This document shows, piece after piece, positions 48,701-62,382 of a DNA stretch of 64,000 bases. Under the pieces are notes generated by a model, which saw only the letters and a list, made by a program, of their open reading frames with translations, had not been told where the DNA came from and did no database searches. The DNA lies in contig JAWMAR010000102.1 of the NCBI GenBank assembly GCA_036785375.1, forward strand, positions 4,030,001 through 4,094,000. Reading direction: 5' to 3'. The first letter of the stretch is position 1, and every line of letters starts with the position of its first letter. Origin of the DNA: Leucoraja ocellata. Taxonomy: Eukaryota. The translations under genes and the position numbers were made by a program.

Positions 48701-50172
48701 AGGACTAGATGGCCTATTCACATTAAGTACATAGTTCCCTTTATTTATGAAGATCGCTGCAAACTATCCATCAAAGAACTTTCCTGTATCCTTCATCTCT
48801 CCACATAGCTAACCTTTTGTCCTTCACAGACCTTTCCACCATTATCTTCTTACTTATTGTGTACTTGCAAAAGCATCTTTGGGGATTTCTGCGATTCACT
48901 TGTGGACATTCACGCCCTCTCTTTGCTTTTTTTAATTTGACCACTGCATTTTTCACAAACTTGGTCCTCATCATCTGAACTCGGGCTTCCTCTGGATAGC
49001 AAAATACAAGTGCAGATGCCTCTGTGGCCCTCTCCCTTGCACTCAGTACACTGCCCAAATAAAGATAATTAAGCACTTGTAATGTTCTAAAACCATTAAC
49101 GCAATAAAGTATCTACGAGGAAATGGCATTGGCTCCTAGTTCTGTTGAATGTTTGAAAGTTATTAGCGCGCCTCAGTTTTGAACGCACGAGGTACTCCCA
49201 CGATCACAAAGGTCATTCCCTACAAAAGTCACTTGAGACAAGTGGTCTGGAAACTGATTGCCATATTTATATAGACAATGATTGACTCATTGATGTGTAC
49301 ATGTATATAGATATATTTGAAAAGAATTTCAAGATTGGATCTGGGTAATCGGTGGATGAAGAGGATTGAGTGTACTGTTGTAGGCTTTTTGTAGTGTCAT
49401 TATTGCTTTTTTTGTTCATCCCAAAAGTACAAATAAACTGCAATCTAATCACTCCTGTATCAGAATTCCTGGTTTCTAATTTGTTTCATTTTATTTTTTT
49501 TTGAAATCATGTTTAATGAACATTTTATAGAATCCTTTCCTAGATATTTACCAAGACCTTCCTCATCAGTGAAATTATACTTTCAACCATGGTCATTTGG
49601 GAAAAAAAGTTGCAAGTGAAATGCTGGTTGGGAAGAGATCACCTGGGCTTGAAGGGCATTCCAAAGATGTGCAGGTTTGTAGGTGAATTGGCTTCTATAA
49701 ATTGTCCCTGGTTTGTAGGATAGAAAGAACTAGTGTACAGGTCGACACGGACTTGGGGGCCCTGAAGGGCCTGTTTCCACGCTGTATGAACTAAACTAAA
49801 GGTGCATGCTCTTTGAGTTAATTGATAAATAAGAATGTACTTCATTTTAGTGCATCTGTTGGACATAAACTTGGTCAAGATTAAATAATTTCATTTTTTT
49901 CATTCAGCGCTGTGTTCATAACTTTACAATATTACCAATTCTACTTGTTACCATACTGATATAGTTTTCTATTCAACTCTTAAGTCTTGTTGGTTGCTTT
50001 GACGTATTTTTGCACTAACTTTCTAAAGTGCACGTTTTACAGTATTAAGCAATGTCTGTGTGCAAAAACTTGGCATACCTATAAGTTTATAGTCTGTGGA
50101 CTCATTCTCTCTCATTGTGTTTATCTTGTGTTTGATTTTTTTGCCCGAGTGTTTTCTTCTTTCCCCTTTCAG

Positions 50173-50262
50173 ATTGGGAGGAGTGCCTTTGTGACCTCCT
50201 CTTCATCTTTACCCTCCTTCCCTTCCACGCTTTCATGGTCCCGGGATGAGAACACTCGAAGG
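50173..50262 (+). CDS. GIT2: GIT2 coding exon 16 (cassette-type, 90 nt)
   Basis: tttcag|ATTGGG...CGAAGG|gttaag; IGRSAFVTSSSSLPSFPSTLSWSRDENTRR, very close to the mammalian GIT2 segment as I recall it. Confidence 0.93.
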
Positions 50263-52838
50263 GTTAAGTACCTTCTCAGCAAGTCTGCACTGTGGAGGAG
50301 GCAGTGACACCGGCAGTGCCTGTTGCACCTTTTCCCTCCTTTTCCCACTTCTCTTTTTGCTTCTGCATGTATAGTCCCTTCCACCGGAGTATCTACTGCA
50401 TACCGAGTTGCATATTCCTGATTGTCTTTTCTATCTTTCACTTTTTATCTTTCAGTTTATTAATCCTGCTTGCTCCCAACCACGGGACACATGGCACACT
50501 TAACAATTAGCTCTTCAGCCATCAAAGCTTGATCCTTTGCTACAGCACAGCTTCTGCATAGCTTTCTGTTCAAAACATACACATGCTGCTCTAATCATCA
50601 GCAGGTGAATCATTGCCCAGTGCTATACTGAGCATTGTGGAGTAGGCATGTTTGCAGGTTCAATCTATGGATTAGCTGATTTCAGCCAGAATTCCCCGAC
50701 GATTTTCTCTTCACTGGTCCCGGAGACGAGGATTCATGTCATATCGCCTGAGCACAATCGGTTTTTGAGTAACTCATTTAGCCGTGATACATGTGTAAGC
50801 CACGACAACGATCACTGACAAACCATCCAACCAAGCTGGACAGCCCTTGCCCAAAGTCCATACGTCAAACGTAGATTTAGCTGACAAACAATCCAAGAAG
50901 CAAAAACATTTATAAGCACCCAGTTTCCAGAGTGCCTGAGGTTAACTAAATCATAGGCAAGAGAAAGACCTTTGGCAAAGTGTTTGTCAGCATGTCCCCG
51001 CTTGGGATTAGATTAAAACACACACATAGCCATCATGGGACCTTGGCTATAATGGTTTACTCTTGCACTGAATGACACACAAGGTGAATTGACATCAATT
51101 AATGGGTGAGAATAGTGCGTTTTAAAAATTGAGGAATAAATGTACATGCACTACTCAATTATTGAGGCATATATCTAAAACTAATGCAAGTTGTGTAATG
51201 TTTAACATTTCTTTCTGAATCCCACAATCTAACATGGAAACCAGGCATGCTTTTCACTGGATTAAAATTAGAAGAATGCTCAGAGTTCTTTAAGTGCTTT
51301 TGTAGTCTGTGTGAATATGAATTGGGATCGCCATGTAATTTGGTTGCTATACCATGAGTTGAAAGCTTTCATAAGTATGGCATTGACTTCAAAAGTTTGC
51401 TCCATCCCCTAAAAAATGCTTCAGTTGCAAATACATTTTCAGACTTTAATGGAGCTTTAAATGAAGTGTGACTGGTGCTGGCTAAACCGAGCTCCTGTAG
51501 AGCTCCCCGGTGGCATAGACCTGGAATAATGTCACAGTTTATCCACTAGAAATCTCATGATCCCATTACCAGCACTGAAGATGGGACATGTTAAATTAGA
51601 TGGATAACTATTTTTGGTGCTGGACTTAATGGGAGGAGACTGACTATACTTGATTTGGAATTGGGTATTAGGAACCATTTTAATAATCAGTCAGAACTAA
51701 TTGGCATCTTGCCTTTTATCAGATATAATCCGCATAGACAAATAATTTTTCAGCACACCATCATTACACAAGTGATACCAGCCACCATGCAGCACAGTTT
51801 AATTAGCATCTTGCTTTGTGCATGGTCTGATTTATTGCCTATTGAAGCATGTACTCGCTTTTAAGATGACTGCTTTTGAAACAAAAAATAACTCTTTTCT
51901 CCAGAGTCGGATATGTCTGATGTTATCTGAATAAAAAGCTGATTTGTGTTGAATGTGTTTCTTTGTCATGGTGCCAAATGAAAGCCAGCTAATATTGTGG
52001 AATTGCTTGACTTCCATATAAGACTTTGGTGGTATTTACAAACGTTGAGAAACATGAATATGTTGCTAGCAGTCCAAATATTAATATCTACCATTAATTA
52101 TTCATGCCCTTCAAAAAAAATGTTTAAAGGTAGTTTTAATTTGGCTAAAATGAGAAAGCCACTTCAATGTACTGAACACAGCTAATTTGTAAATATTTAT
52201 TTTTAAATGTGGTTAAAAGTTATGGTTAAAAGTGCGAGGGATCTCTAAATCTTGACAAATCGCATCCATATAAATTTAGGATTACATTTTGAGACATGGT
52301 TAGACTTTGTTCTTAAAATTGATCCATTCCTCAAGGATAATGTCCAAACTAAGACTTTTTTGTATTTGATGACTGATTGTTTCGTAACGGGCTTGCACTG
52401 TGATAACTTGTGCTTTCCAACGTATATTCTTTATCCAAATTTGAGTTAAATATCCCATGCATTAAATATTTCCGTATTGATGTACAAGAGGTAGTCCATG
52501 GAGTGCAGTGGAAAAGCAAACTCCTTTATGTAGCATCATGTCCCTTCTCCCCCACCTCAGTCTTTCCAATGTGACACTTTATAATTGATCTCAAAAGATG
52601 TACATTCTGCTGCAAATTCTTACCGTTAGCTTGAAAAATAGATACATTTCTGCATTTTATGCATTATTGCATTAGTTCAAACGTTTCATGATTTTAATTA
52701 CTACCCAAATATTTTCTGCTACCGACTCTAGTTTGCATGCATTTTTTGGTTTCTGTTTGGGTCCGGGTTGTATTTCATCTAATAATTGTGAACATACTGT
52801 ATTGTTTGCATCTTGGTGTTTGTTTTAATTTCTTTTAG

Positions 52839-52921
52839 GCATCAAAACTTGAGAAACAAAACAGCATGCCAGATAGTGACTACGATAATGCAGCAAATAA
52901 CTTGGAACTGGATGAGACAGG
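52839..52921 (+). CDS. GIT2: GIT2 coding exon 17 (SDYDN motif)
   Basis: ttttag|GCATCA...ACAGG|gtatgg; ASKLEKQNSMPDSDYDNAANNLELDET(G); 83 nt. Confidence 0.94.
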
Positions 52922-55900
52922 GTATGGATTAAATTTACCAGAATAAGGCACACAGAAGATTCACATGGTTATTTATATAAAATAGTCATCTGCCAAGAAA
53001 TAGTTTCCAAGCTAGTCTTTACTGCTTTCAAATTCACCATAAGTAACATTTATTATCCCAGTAATAGCTCTGATCCCCAATTTCTTGCTGACTGAGTGGG
53101 AACCATGCTCTTAGCTTGCAAAGTTATTATAGTAGTGATGGTATGAACTTCCTATGGTTACTACAATAAACCTGTGGTTAGACTAGTGAGGAATTACACT
53201 CTGCCATTTTTCATTTCCTTCCAATTTGTTTTAAAGATTGATTATGGATTAATAGTTTAAATAAAATATGCTGAATGCATATCCACAGGATGTTTGCAAT
53301 GATAAAATGAATGATGTTCTGGTGATGAGTGGGATGCACTGTAGAATGAGCTACAAATAGTCAAAGGAAATTATAGGAAATGATAGGGGTCCTTCTTTAA
53401 CAAACATACACATTACAATCAGTAGTATGCTACTTGGCCCCTCAAACGTTCCCCGCCATTCAATAAATTATATTCTAATAGTGACCTCAAGTCAGCAATC
53501 CCATTTAGCCTCAGTAGTTAATTTACTCTTACTCCTTCCAAGTATCTGTCTATTTGCAGTATTATGGCATTCAAGTTCACTTCTTCCGCTGATCAGTTCA
53601 AAAAATGTTCAATCCTCCAAAAGAGAATCTTTCCCTTCTTAAATGGGGAATTCTTTATTACAAAATAAGAATCATTGGTTATCCCATAGGTGGAATTACC
53701 ACTTGAAATCTCTTGTTTCAATTATTTTTCACTGAATTCTTCCGAATGCTAGCCTAGCCTGTGCAACCTTTCATCATCCATTCAGGACAAATCACCCATT
53801 CCAGATATCAACCTAATGAACATAGCACATTTAAATTGAACACTTCATTCAATTCCAGCCCCTTCCTCCACATCAACCATATAGCTATGGGAACTTGGAT
53901 AAGCCCAAGCTATGCCAGAAATGCAGCCAAAACCACAGAGTTACTCCAGTACTTCTGTGTGTTTGTTATAAGAAGGAACATGGTTCATGGGGACAAAAAG
54001 CACACAATGAAACCAAAAGAAACAGTCAAACTGAAAGGCTGAAAGGGGAAGGGAAGATGTCTCAAGATACACAACCTTGCAGTACATCTGTAACTGCCTG
54101 TTATTTTCAATTTCTATCCTGCATTATACTTCACATAATCCCTTCCCTTTCTGCTTATCTTCTGTCTCCATGTCAGAGAGAATAATATTAAGAAACATCC
54201 ATTACAAGTCAACAAAATTTCCCACCTCTCTGGTTCCTGTTTTTTTTCTCCCCCCCAGTTTACTTGCGCCAATGAATTCCACGTGTGCGCCTCCGAGATG
54301 TTTCCCTTCCTGAATTGTGACGTTGCCTACACTTCGTTGGTAACATGAGTCTTGATTGGACCTTATTTATTCCCAGCACCTTTGGCTTCACCCCCTCCCA
54401 AACCAATAGAGAATAAAACTGCTCCGGTCCTTACCTTGCACGCAATCAACCAATCATCCTTTGCAATTTCTGCCAGCTTTGACTAGATTCCACCACCAGG
54501 GACATCTTCTCTTATCCTTTAGCATTTCAGTTGAACTGTTTCTTTAGGATTCCATATTGTGCTTTTTGTCCCCATCAATGGCATGATAGCGCAATGATAG
54601 AGTTGCTGCTTTACAACTCCAGAGACCTGTGTTTGATCCTGACTACGGGTGCTGACTATATGGATTTGGTACGTTCCCCCCCCCGTGACCCGCTTGAGTT
54701 TTCCCCGGGTGCTCTGGTTTCCTCCGACACTCCCAAAGATGTACAAGTTTGTAGGTTAATTGGCTTCGGTAAAATTGTAAATTGTCCCTAGTGTGTGTAA
54801 GATAGTGTGCGGGGATCGCTGGTTGGCGCGGACTTGGTGGGCCAAAGGGTCTGTTTCTGCACTGTATCTCTAAAACTAAACCATTTATTTTGGGTTCCAC
54901 AGTGTGCTCTTTGGTCCCCATCAGCAATTCACCTTCCTATAGCATAAAGCGCAAAGTGCTGGTGTAAGTCTGCGGGACTAGCAAAACCTCTGGAGAACAT
55001 GGATAGGTGACATTTCGGATCTGGAGGCTTCTTCAGCACTTTCCCACACAACCCGTTCTTTTTAAACTCTTCCCTTTGCACCGTCCAGAGACCCAGAAAT
55101 GTCGTCTGGAATGGCAGGCGCTTGCACGTCCAACCTAGTGTACTGTATACGATGTTCACATTGTGGACTCTAGTACATTGGAGAAGCCAAATGGGGATTG
55201 GTAACCACTTTGCGAACACCAGCAGTCAATCTGCAGCGGTGGATCAAATCTCCCTTCTATCCGCCAGTTTAATTCTCTGACCAATCTGCCTCTAGCCTTC
55301 CACACTTACAATGAAGTTTTATTTCCATCTTCCACCTAAACAGGCTGCAGCCTTCTGGACTCTATATCAAATTCTACAGCTTCAGTTAACTTGCTTTCTC
55401 TGTATCAGAACTGACATTTATTCTGTGGATCATCCATCTGTGATAATGATTTTTTATTTTTTTATTTTTGCATTAGCAGAGTCCAGCCTGCTGGGCATTT
55501 CATACAGCTCTGCATTTCACAGCGTTCATGTTCCTCTTTTTGTACTCTCTCAAATTCCCCTAATTTTTGTTGTCATTTGCCTTTTTTCCCCCCTCTCTCT
55601 CCCTCCAACTATTGACCTATTGACTGGATGATCTTTACAACTTGCTTCATTCTCTCAACAATTCCCACCCAACATTACCCCGCATTTAAAATTAACTTGA
55701 TTTGTCCCTTTCTCAGTTCTAATGGAGGGTTTCTTGATGTGAAATGTTAAATGTTTCTCTCTCCACAGATGCTGTCCGACCTGAATGGTCTCAGTATTTT
55801 CTATTTCAGATCTCCAACATTTGCGGATTTTAATTTACGCTTGCATCCATCCTCAAGGAGATCAGTACTCTACACAGTACTCTAGCTGTGGTCTCACAGA

Positions 55901-56090
55901 CACTCTGTATAACGGAAGCATAACCTGCTTTTATATGCTATTCCCCCTGGCAGTTAGCAATAACATTAGCAATCAGCTTTCCTAATTATTGGCTTTGCCT
56001 TTGTTCTAGACTTTGTTGAACTTTGAGCACTAGGGATACAATTCTCACTTAAAATATTGACCTGTTTTCTTTCTTTCTGCCCAATACAAG

Positions 56091-56279
56091 CTCTTGCCGA
56101 AAGGGTAAGCCTAAGAGCATAGGGCGGCACGGGGAGAACCCTATTCTGGAAGCGGATGATCCAGATGTGGAACCAGATTCCACGCTCCCCAGTACGGAGG
56201 ATGTCATTCGGAAAACCGAGCAAATCACAAAAAATATTCAGGAGCTGTTGCGTGCTGCACAAGAAAACAAGCATGAGAG
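56091..56279 (+). CDS. GIT2: GIT2 coding exon 18 (start of paxillin-binding/FAT-like domain)
   Basis: tacaag|CTCTTGC...GAGAG|gtgaaa; SCRKGKPKS...LPSTEDVIRKTEQITKNIQELLRAAQENKHE(S); 189 nt; AAG acceptor. Confidence 0.94.
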
Positions 56280-58075
56280 GTGAAATATTTACTGTTGGGT
56301 TTTTTGACTGATGTAATCAACTACTCCAGGAGTTATAAGGTGATGAAGATGTGGAGCAGGTTGTCATTAATGCTCTTGTGGTAGCTCCCTGCAGTTCATC
56401 TTAATGTCAAAACAGAGGATGGACAAATTGTCCTCCATGTGGGCGATGGGTGATATTGGGGTATTGTGTAATAGTGGTGGCACAGCTGGTAGTGCTGCAG
56501 CCTCACAGCTCCAGAGACCCTGGTTCGATCGTGACCTCGGGTACTATCTGTGTAAGTTTGCACGTTCTTGCATAGCATTGTAAAAAATGCAAATTATTTT
56601 GATTGTGTGCACTCAGTTTCAGCTCTGTAATTTCCCATTTTACAATGTTATTTAAAAAGATCTCACCTCATTTTCCTCGTCCAATACGGCCTATGGTGGC
56701 AATTCTTTTGTATCTCCCATTTTTTTTCCCACCCATTTCAGTGAAGCTTCATCCAACATTGGCAGCCAACCAACTTTTTTCATCCTAAGCATGTTCTTCT
56801 ACTTTGCAATCTCTGTGAGTGCTCCTGACCTTTCATCTTTTATTTTTTAAATCTTTTTTTTTAACTTTGAAACCTAGATTCCAATTTGATTACGGAAGGG
56901 ACATTAAACAAATATATATGTAATTGCAGCAGACTGCTTTGATATCTGTTTGCTATTCTTTCCCGCTCTACGAAAGGGCGGTGTCTTTAAACATACAATT
57001 AGTTGGATGGTGAAAGTACACAGAGCAGTCTTGAAAGTGGGAATTGTTGGGAAATTTGGCCACTTGTGCCAACTCTGCTTACTGTTGAACTAATAAGAAA
57101 ATGAATTTCTTATTCTTGAGGATTAAACCTGGGATTTCCTTGGACTCTCTAAGTTAATATAACTCTAATATCCAGTGAACGTCCAATTCCTGCGAGCTTA
57201 TTTTCTTTTTTGCAAAAAAGGATAGCAGCAGGAAGAACTCAGCATGTCAGGCAGCATCTGTGGAGGAAGATGGATGTAAAGTCAAGACCCTTCATCTCAA
57301 CTGGGGACTTTTTTTTACTACGATTTCACAATCTGCAATCTCTAGCCTTCATTTTCTTTTCTTTTATGAATCCAGCAATTAATTTGTGGTTTTCTGAATA
57401 ATGCTCCACTAGGGATTAATGCAAAACAGATAAGCATGCAAATTGGAGATATTCCTGATCTAATTGGATTATTTCAATACCAGGCGATGGTAATGCAGTA
57501 AATCAAAGAATATTGACAATAATATCAAAGATGATGGCTTGGTAGAGTTCCTTAAGTCTGTAGTCTGCAGGAATTTGTATTGACACTGGCTTGAATCATT
57601 AAATCCAGCTGTCCACGTTGGTCCATTTTTAGAACAATACCCTTGCAAACCTCAATAGTAACAACCAAGTACTTTCTTTAAATTCATCCCTACCAGGCAA
57701 TCTAACTGGAATCATTTCAGAAAGTGTGTGGTTACATGCACTCACTGGTGAGTCTTGTGTCTTTGCAGTGTTGTCTTAACTTCCGCAAGAAGTCCACTCC
57801 TCCACAGTCATTAGATATTAAATTTGTTTCGACTTTAAATAAACAAACCAATTGTGCGATGCACGTATATCGGAATTGTTGTTCTCGTCAGCTATTTGCT
57901 GTAACCCATGCTGTTTTTATTTTGTCTTTTTTTAACTTTGATTTGATTTTCTCTTTGCAATCTGAATTCATTTGTGCAATCTCTTCTTTCTCTTCTTCCT
58001 CTCCCCTCCTCTCTCTCTTTCCCTCCCCTCCCGCACCCATTTTTGCTTCCGACCCCTGCCTTCCCTACGATCCAG

Positions 58076-58213
58076 CCGGCAGATTGAACGCGAGAGCCTG
58101 CGCAAGTTGAGGCACAGCCTTGGCTGTTTCAGTACGTTGGTTCTGCGGGCCGACAAATCTTCCCTTCAGCCTCTGACCCTGCAGCAGCAGCAGCGGCCTG
58201 ACCCTGCCACCTG
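58076..58213 (+). CDS. GIT2: Candidate extra cassette exon of GIT2 within the paxillin-binding domain (46 aa)
   Basis: Long pyrimidine tract, tccag|CCGGCAG...ACCTG|gtactc; 138 nt, phase 2/2, open in frame: (S)RQIERESLRKLRHSLGCFSTLVLRADKSSLQPLTLQQQQRPDPAT(C); GC-rich island in an AT-rich intron. Confidence 0.72.
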
Positions 58214-60332
58214 GTACTCTGACCTCTGTCTCTGCCTCCCAGGCACTCCACCTTTTCTCTTCTTCCCTGCATGATTGTCACTGTGGTTTGTTAAAAGTAT
58301 CAAACTTTGTGGAAATAATTGATTTAGTACCAAAAAAAAACTATTGCATAGAGACCAATGGCTAAATTGCAGAATAATATATCTCAATTCCACATGTAAT
58401 CTGAATTGATGTATGTTAAAAATTGTGGTGGATGTATACTTTATAATGCCTGCCAGGGTGTCCCTTTTTGCCTCCACTTTGGTCTGGTTTGCTTCATAAA
58501 TGCAGTAACTAATTTTCATGTAAGCAAAACAATTGCATATCTCTGGTGTGTGCACGCTGAACTGATTTAACCTGAAATGAATGTCTGAATTTATGCCAGA
58601 AAATAGCCAAGGAATTATTCTTAACTGTATCTAATGCCTTCGTATGGAAGATGCCTCTGTGCGGGCATGCAACGAGGACAGGATTAGAGCAAAACACAAA
58701 CTGCTGGAGGAACTCAGCAGGTTAGGCAGCATCTGGTGAGGGAATGGACAGGCAACGTTTTGGGTTGAGACCCTTCTTCAAACTCTGGACAGGGTTAGAC
58801 TCAGTTCTGATATTTGTGCCTACTGCCACCCACTGTAAAAGTATCAATGCCAACTCTATTAAGCTACAGTAATTCTGGTATATTGCTCTCTTCTAAAGAG
58901 TAGGAAAGGTCATTTTAAATCTAACAGAAAATGGTTACCGTCACTTCATACAAATGCAACTTATTTTAAATCCTTACGGATTTCTTAAAGGATGTACCAA
59001 ACATTGCAACCTGCAGGGTGAATGAACTGTTCATAACCCTCACAGGAAAAGTGGAAGTTTGCTTCCAAGACCTTCCATGATGTGACTGTCATTAACCAGG
59101 CTGTTCAAGTGAAATTAGCCCAAGACCTGGCTCCACTGGTAATTGCCTTGTATTATCCTTCAGTCTGCCTGCCAGTTTACAGCAGTTGTATATGACCTGG
59201 CACACATGAATATCTAAACTTAGAAGTGATGAAAAGTTTGTATTTATAAGATCACAATCCAGGGCAAATATTAAACAAATGCTTAGGTATTCCAAAATCC
59301 AATTTTTGTTGTGATTTATTTTGTTGCTAGAACAATAACTGTAAATTGACACTAAACCTAAATTGGCACTGATCTGCCAAATATTTATCCTGAATTTAAG
59401 TGATCAATGGGCTGAGGTCACAGTGAAAGGGTTCTGTTTTTGAAACACCTCAAAACCTCTGGTTCCCAACGTTACCAGTTCTTACTTGTAAGGAACATTT
59501 AGCAACATATTAAAAATTATTTAAATTGAAGTACATATTAAAAGATAACAGAAATGCTTAAAGTCTAAAATTGTATTCATATGCAATGTTCTTTTTTTTG
59601 CTTCCAATTCCACAACTATTGAAACTTTCTGGGAAATCTCCGCTACGTGGGCTCTGAGGCATGACTAACTAGAATCCAGCAGTGTAGCAAACTGACAGAT
59701 TTGGTGCTCCAAACCTCTCAGTAAATATAGAGATTAGTCTGGCAGGGCATGCACGGAAATCATGAGCTTCCAGCTGTTTAAATTGCTTGACAATGACAAT
59801 TCTATTCAGAGCTGCGGTACCATCTGTGCTTGATATAAAGCACTGAGCCGGAATGATCACACCTCTGGTCCAAATGGACATATTGGGTAGATACATCACG
59901 GAGCTCTCCTCCACATTTAAATCATTGTTCCCTTAGTTTAAATATACAAGTGGTTTTAGAATTTATGAACCAAGGAGACAACAAGACAACAATGTAAAAG
60001 AACAGACGTTTCTTAACTTTACACCCATATAATTCACTCAATCTAGACCAGTTAGTACAAATTATTAACACTAGTTGAGTTCTGTTACTTTGGCTTTGTG
60101 GACTTGCTTGACAGGTCCCAGAGGTCAAATTCAACACCCTTCTGTGAACTTTCATTGACATTGCATGCCCATCTCAGTCACAGGATTAATTTTCCTAACA
60201 ACCATTTTAGTGGAGACTTGCTTGAGTATTAACTTTAACTCAAATCTTGTGCTGGTGTTTGAATTGAATGACTAATGGTTTATTTTCCTCCCTCTTACCC
60301 GCCCCTTCTGTTGTACTATTGCACCCAATTAG

Positions 60333-60396
60333 CTTTATGCCCTGCTCAGAAAGGATACATGTTGCTGTAGCTGAGATGGCAGCTCTTTTCCCAAAG
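60333..60396 (+). CDS. GIT2: GIT2 coding exon 19
   Basis: aattag|CTTTATG...CCAAAG|gtgagt; FMPCSERIHVAVAEMAALFPK; 64 nt. Confidence 0.96.
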
Positions 60397-60545
60397 GTGA
60401 GTCCATTTTCAAATAATGTGAAGTTTGTTTAAAATGCTAAAACCATACACTTCTTCACTTTTCCTCCATCCTCTAAACTTTAGAGCCTAAAGCCAAACTA
60501 TTGAAAATAACTATTGCAGAAATGCAAGCTTTGCAATAACACATC

Positions 60546-60800
60546 TAGAAACATAGAAACATAGAAATTAGGTGCAGGAGTAGGCCATTCGGCCCTTTGA
60601 GCCTGCACCGCCATTCAATATGATCATGGCTGATCATCCAACTCAGTATCCCGTACCTGCCTTCTCTCCATACCCCCTGATCCCCTTAGCCACAAAGGGC
60701 CACATCTAACTCCCTCTTAAATATAGCCAATGAACTGGCCTCAACTACCCTCTGTGGCAGAGAGTTCCAGAGATTCACCACTCTCTGTGTGAAAAAAAAA
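60546..60800 (-). mobile_element. Little-diverged CR1-clade LINE 3' end with (AGAAACAT)n tail
   Basis: TAGAAACATAGAAACATAGAAA tail; minus ORF FFTQRVVNLWNSLPQRVVEASSLAIFKRELD; an opposite-orientation copy at about 60970-61175. Confidence 0.85.
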
Positions 60801-61275
60801 TCTAGTAATGGATATGCTGAACCAAGGCCACATTTTGTACCTAAAAATGTTGGTGTTTCACCAAGCCAAACGGGCTTTGTAATACTGAGAAAGGGCAGAT
60901 AAAAAAAGTGCAAGACCTCATGGCTAGGTAGATTGAGAGATCAGAAATCCGTCTTTAGCACGTTAGAAATGTCTCCAAATCTGAGGAAGGACATTATTGT
61001 CATAGAGGGAGTGCAGAGAAGGTTCACCAGACTGATTCCTGGGATGTCAGGACTTTTATGGAGAGAAGGCAGGTACGGGATACTGAGTTGGATGATCAGC
61101 CATGATCATATTGAATGGCGGTACAGGTTCGAAGGGCCGAATGGCCTACTCCTGAACCTATTTTCTATGTTTCTATTATCTGGGTGTCAGAAAAACAAAT
61201 CTGAATGCTATTTACATGAGATGTTGACTTGTATGGTGGATAGCTGATGAATAAAATCTTCTGCTTCTCATTTAG

Positions 61276-61485
61276 AAACCTCGCTCAGAGATGGTTCGGG
61301 CCTCGCTGAATCTATTAACTTCAAGTGCGTACAGACTCCAGTCGGAATGCAAGAAAGCACTGCCTGCAGAACCCAGTCCCACATCTGACATCCAGCTGGT
61401 AACACAGCAAGTGATCCAGTGTGCATATGACATTGCCAAAGCTGCCAAGCAACTCGTCACTATAATGACAAAAGAAAACAACTGA
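61276..61485 (+). CDS. GIT2: GIT2 last coding exon 20 (C-terminus and stop)
   Basis: tttag|AAACCT...AAC TGA; KPRSEMVRASLNLLTSSAYRLQSECKK...VIQCAYDIAKAAKQLVTIMTKENN*. Confidence 0.97.
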   Translation, partial: KPRSEMVRASLNLLTSSAYRLQSECKKALPAEPSPTSDIQLVTQQVIQCAYDIAKAAKQLVTIMTKENN

Positions 61486-62376
61486 TCACAATCTTCCACT
61501 TTTTATTTACAAGATTTTTTTTTTATATAGAAGAAAACTATTTTGAATATGCACCAGATGTGGTCTGGGCTTTCTGTCAGTATTATCTTTGCATGCTTTT
61601 TAATATAATTTACTTTTTTATATCAAAGTCGTTTTCGTTCTACTTCTGTTTGTGGCCATGGGGCTAAATCTGGTGCTTTTGTTGTTGATGTCACTTTCCA
61701 CTGGTTGGATGTTGCCTTCAGGGAGCTAAAGCAGGCAGGTACATTGTTAATTAGAATTGTGCATCTTAGTATTTGAAGTGTATTCATGGCAGAAATATAT
61801 AACAACGTTTCAAATGTTTCCAAATGATATCTCGTTAGGGGAAATATTGTTTGAAGTTCCTTAATTAAAGAGGGCGAGGTTGAAAAAGAACTCTGCACTC
61901 GCCATGACGATAAAAATGATTAAAGTTATTGATCAAAGGCAGGCAGGGTTCAGTACCCAGCGGGCAATAGAGTGGGAATGGGTGTGTGTGGTGGAAAATA
62001 GCAAGACAGTGCAAACTGGAGAAGAGTGATACTGAAGTTGGATTTTGGGAAACAATTTAGATTGTACAGGAAGGAGATATTTGAGAGTGGTGCTGTATTT
62101 AATGGGCTGCAGTGGTAAAACTGTGATTATGGAATTGATTAGAAATTTCAGCTGAACCCAAATGTCAATGGGGTGTTGCTGAGCACTTTCCCCTTTTTTA
62201 ATCCAGTGGCCACATTTCAGCTGCAAGTATTACCTAAAAAGGGGAGAAATTATACATCTAAGGGGAAAGAGCAAGGTGTGGGGCTGTTTGGATAGTTGAG
62301 CACAGGATACAAGAGGCCAAATAGTCTATTTCTGAGCTCTATCCTAATATATTTGTGAAACAGGTTGCCATTTATC

Positions 62377-62382
62377 AATAAA
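62377..62382 (+). terminator. Candidate polyadenylation signal AATAAA in the GIT2 3' UTR
   Basis: AATAAA about 0.9 kb after the stop, followed by T/GT-rich sequence; another AATAAA lies at 63920-63925; usage unknown. Confidence 0.35.

Noticed and set aside
11904-61485. Gene identity as GIT1
   Set aside because: PNKAEF, the exon 15 and 16 peptides, TEQITKNIQ, ENKH and CSERIHVAV match GIT2 rather than GIT1.
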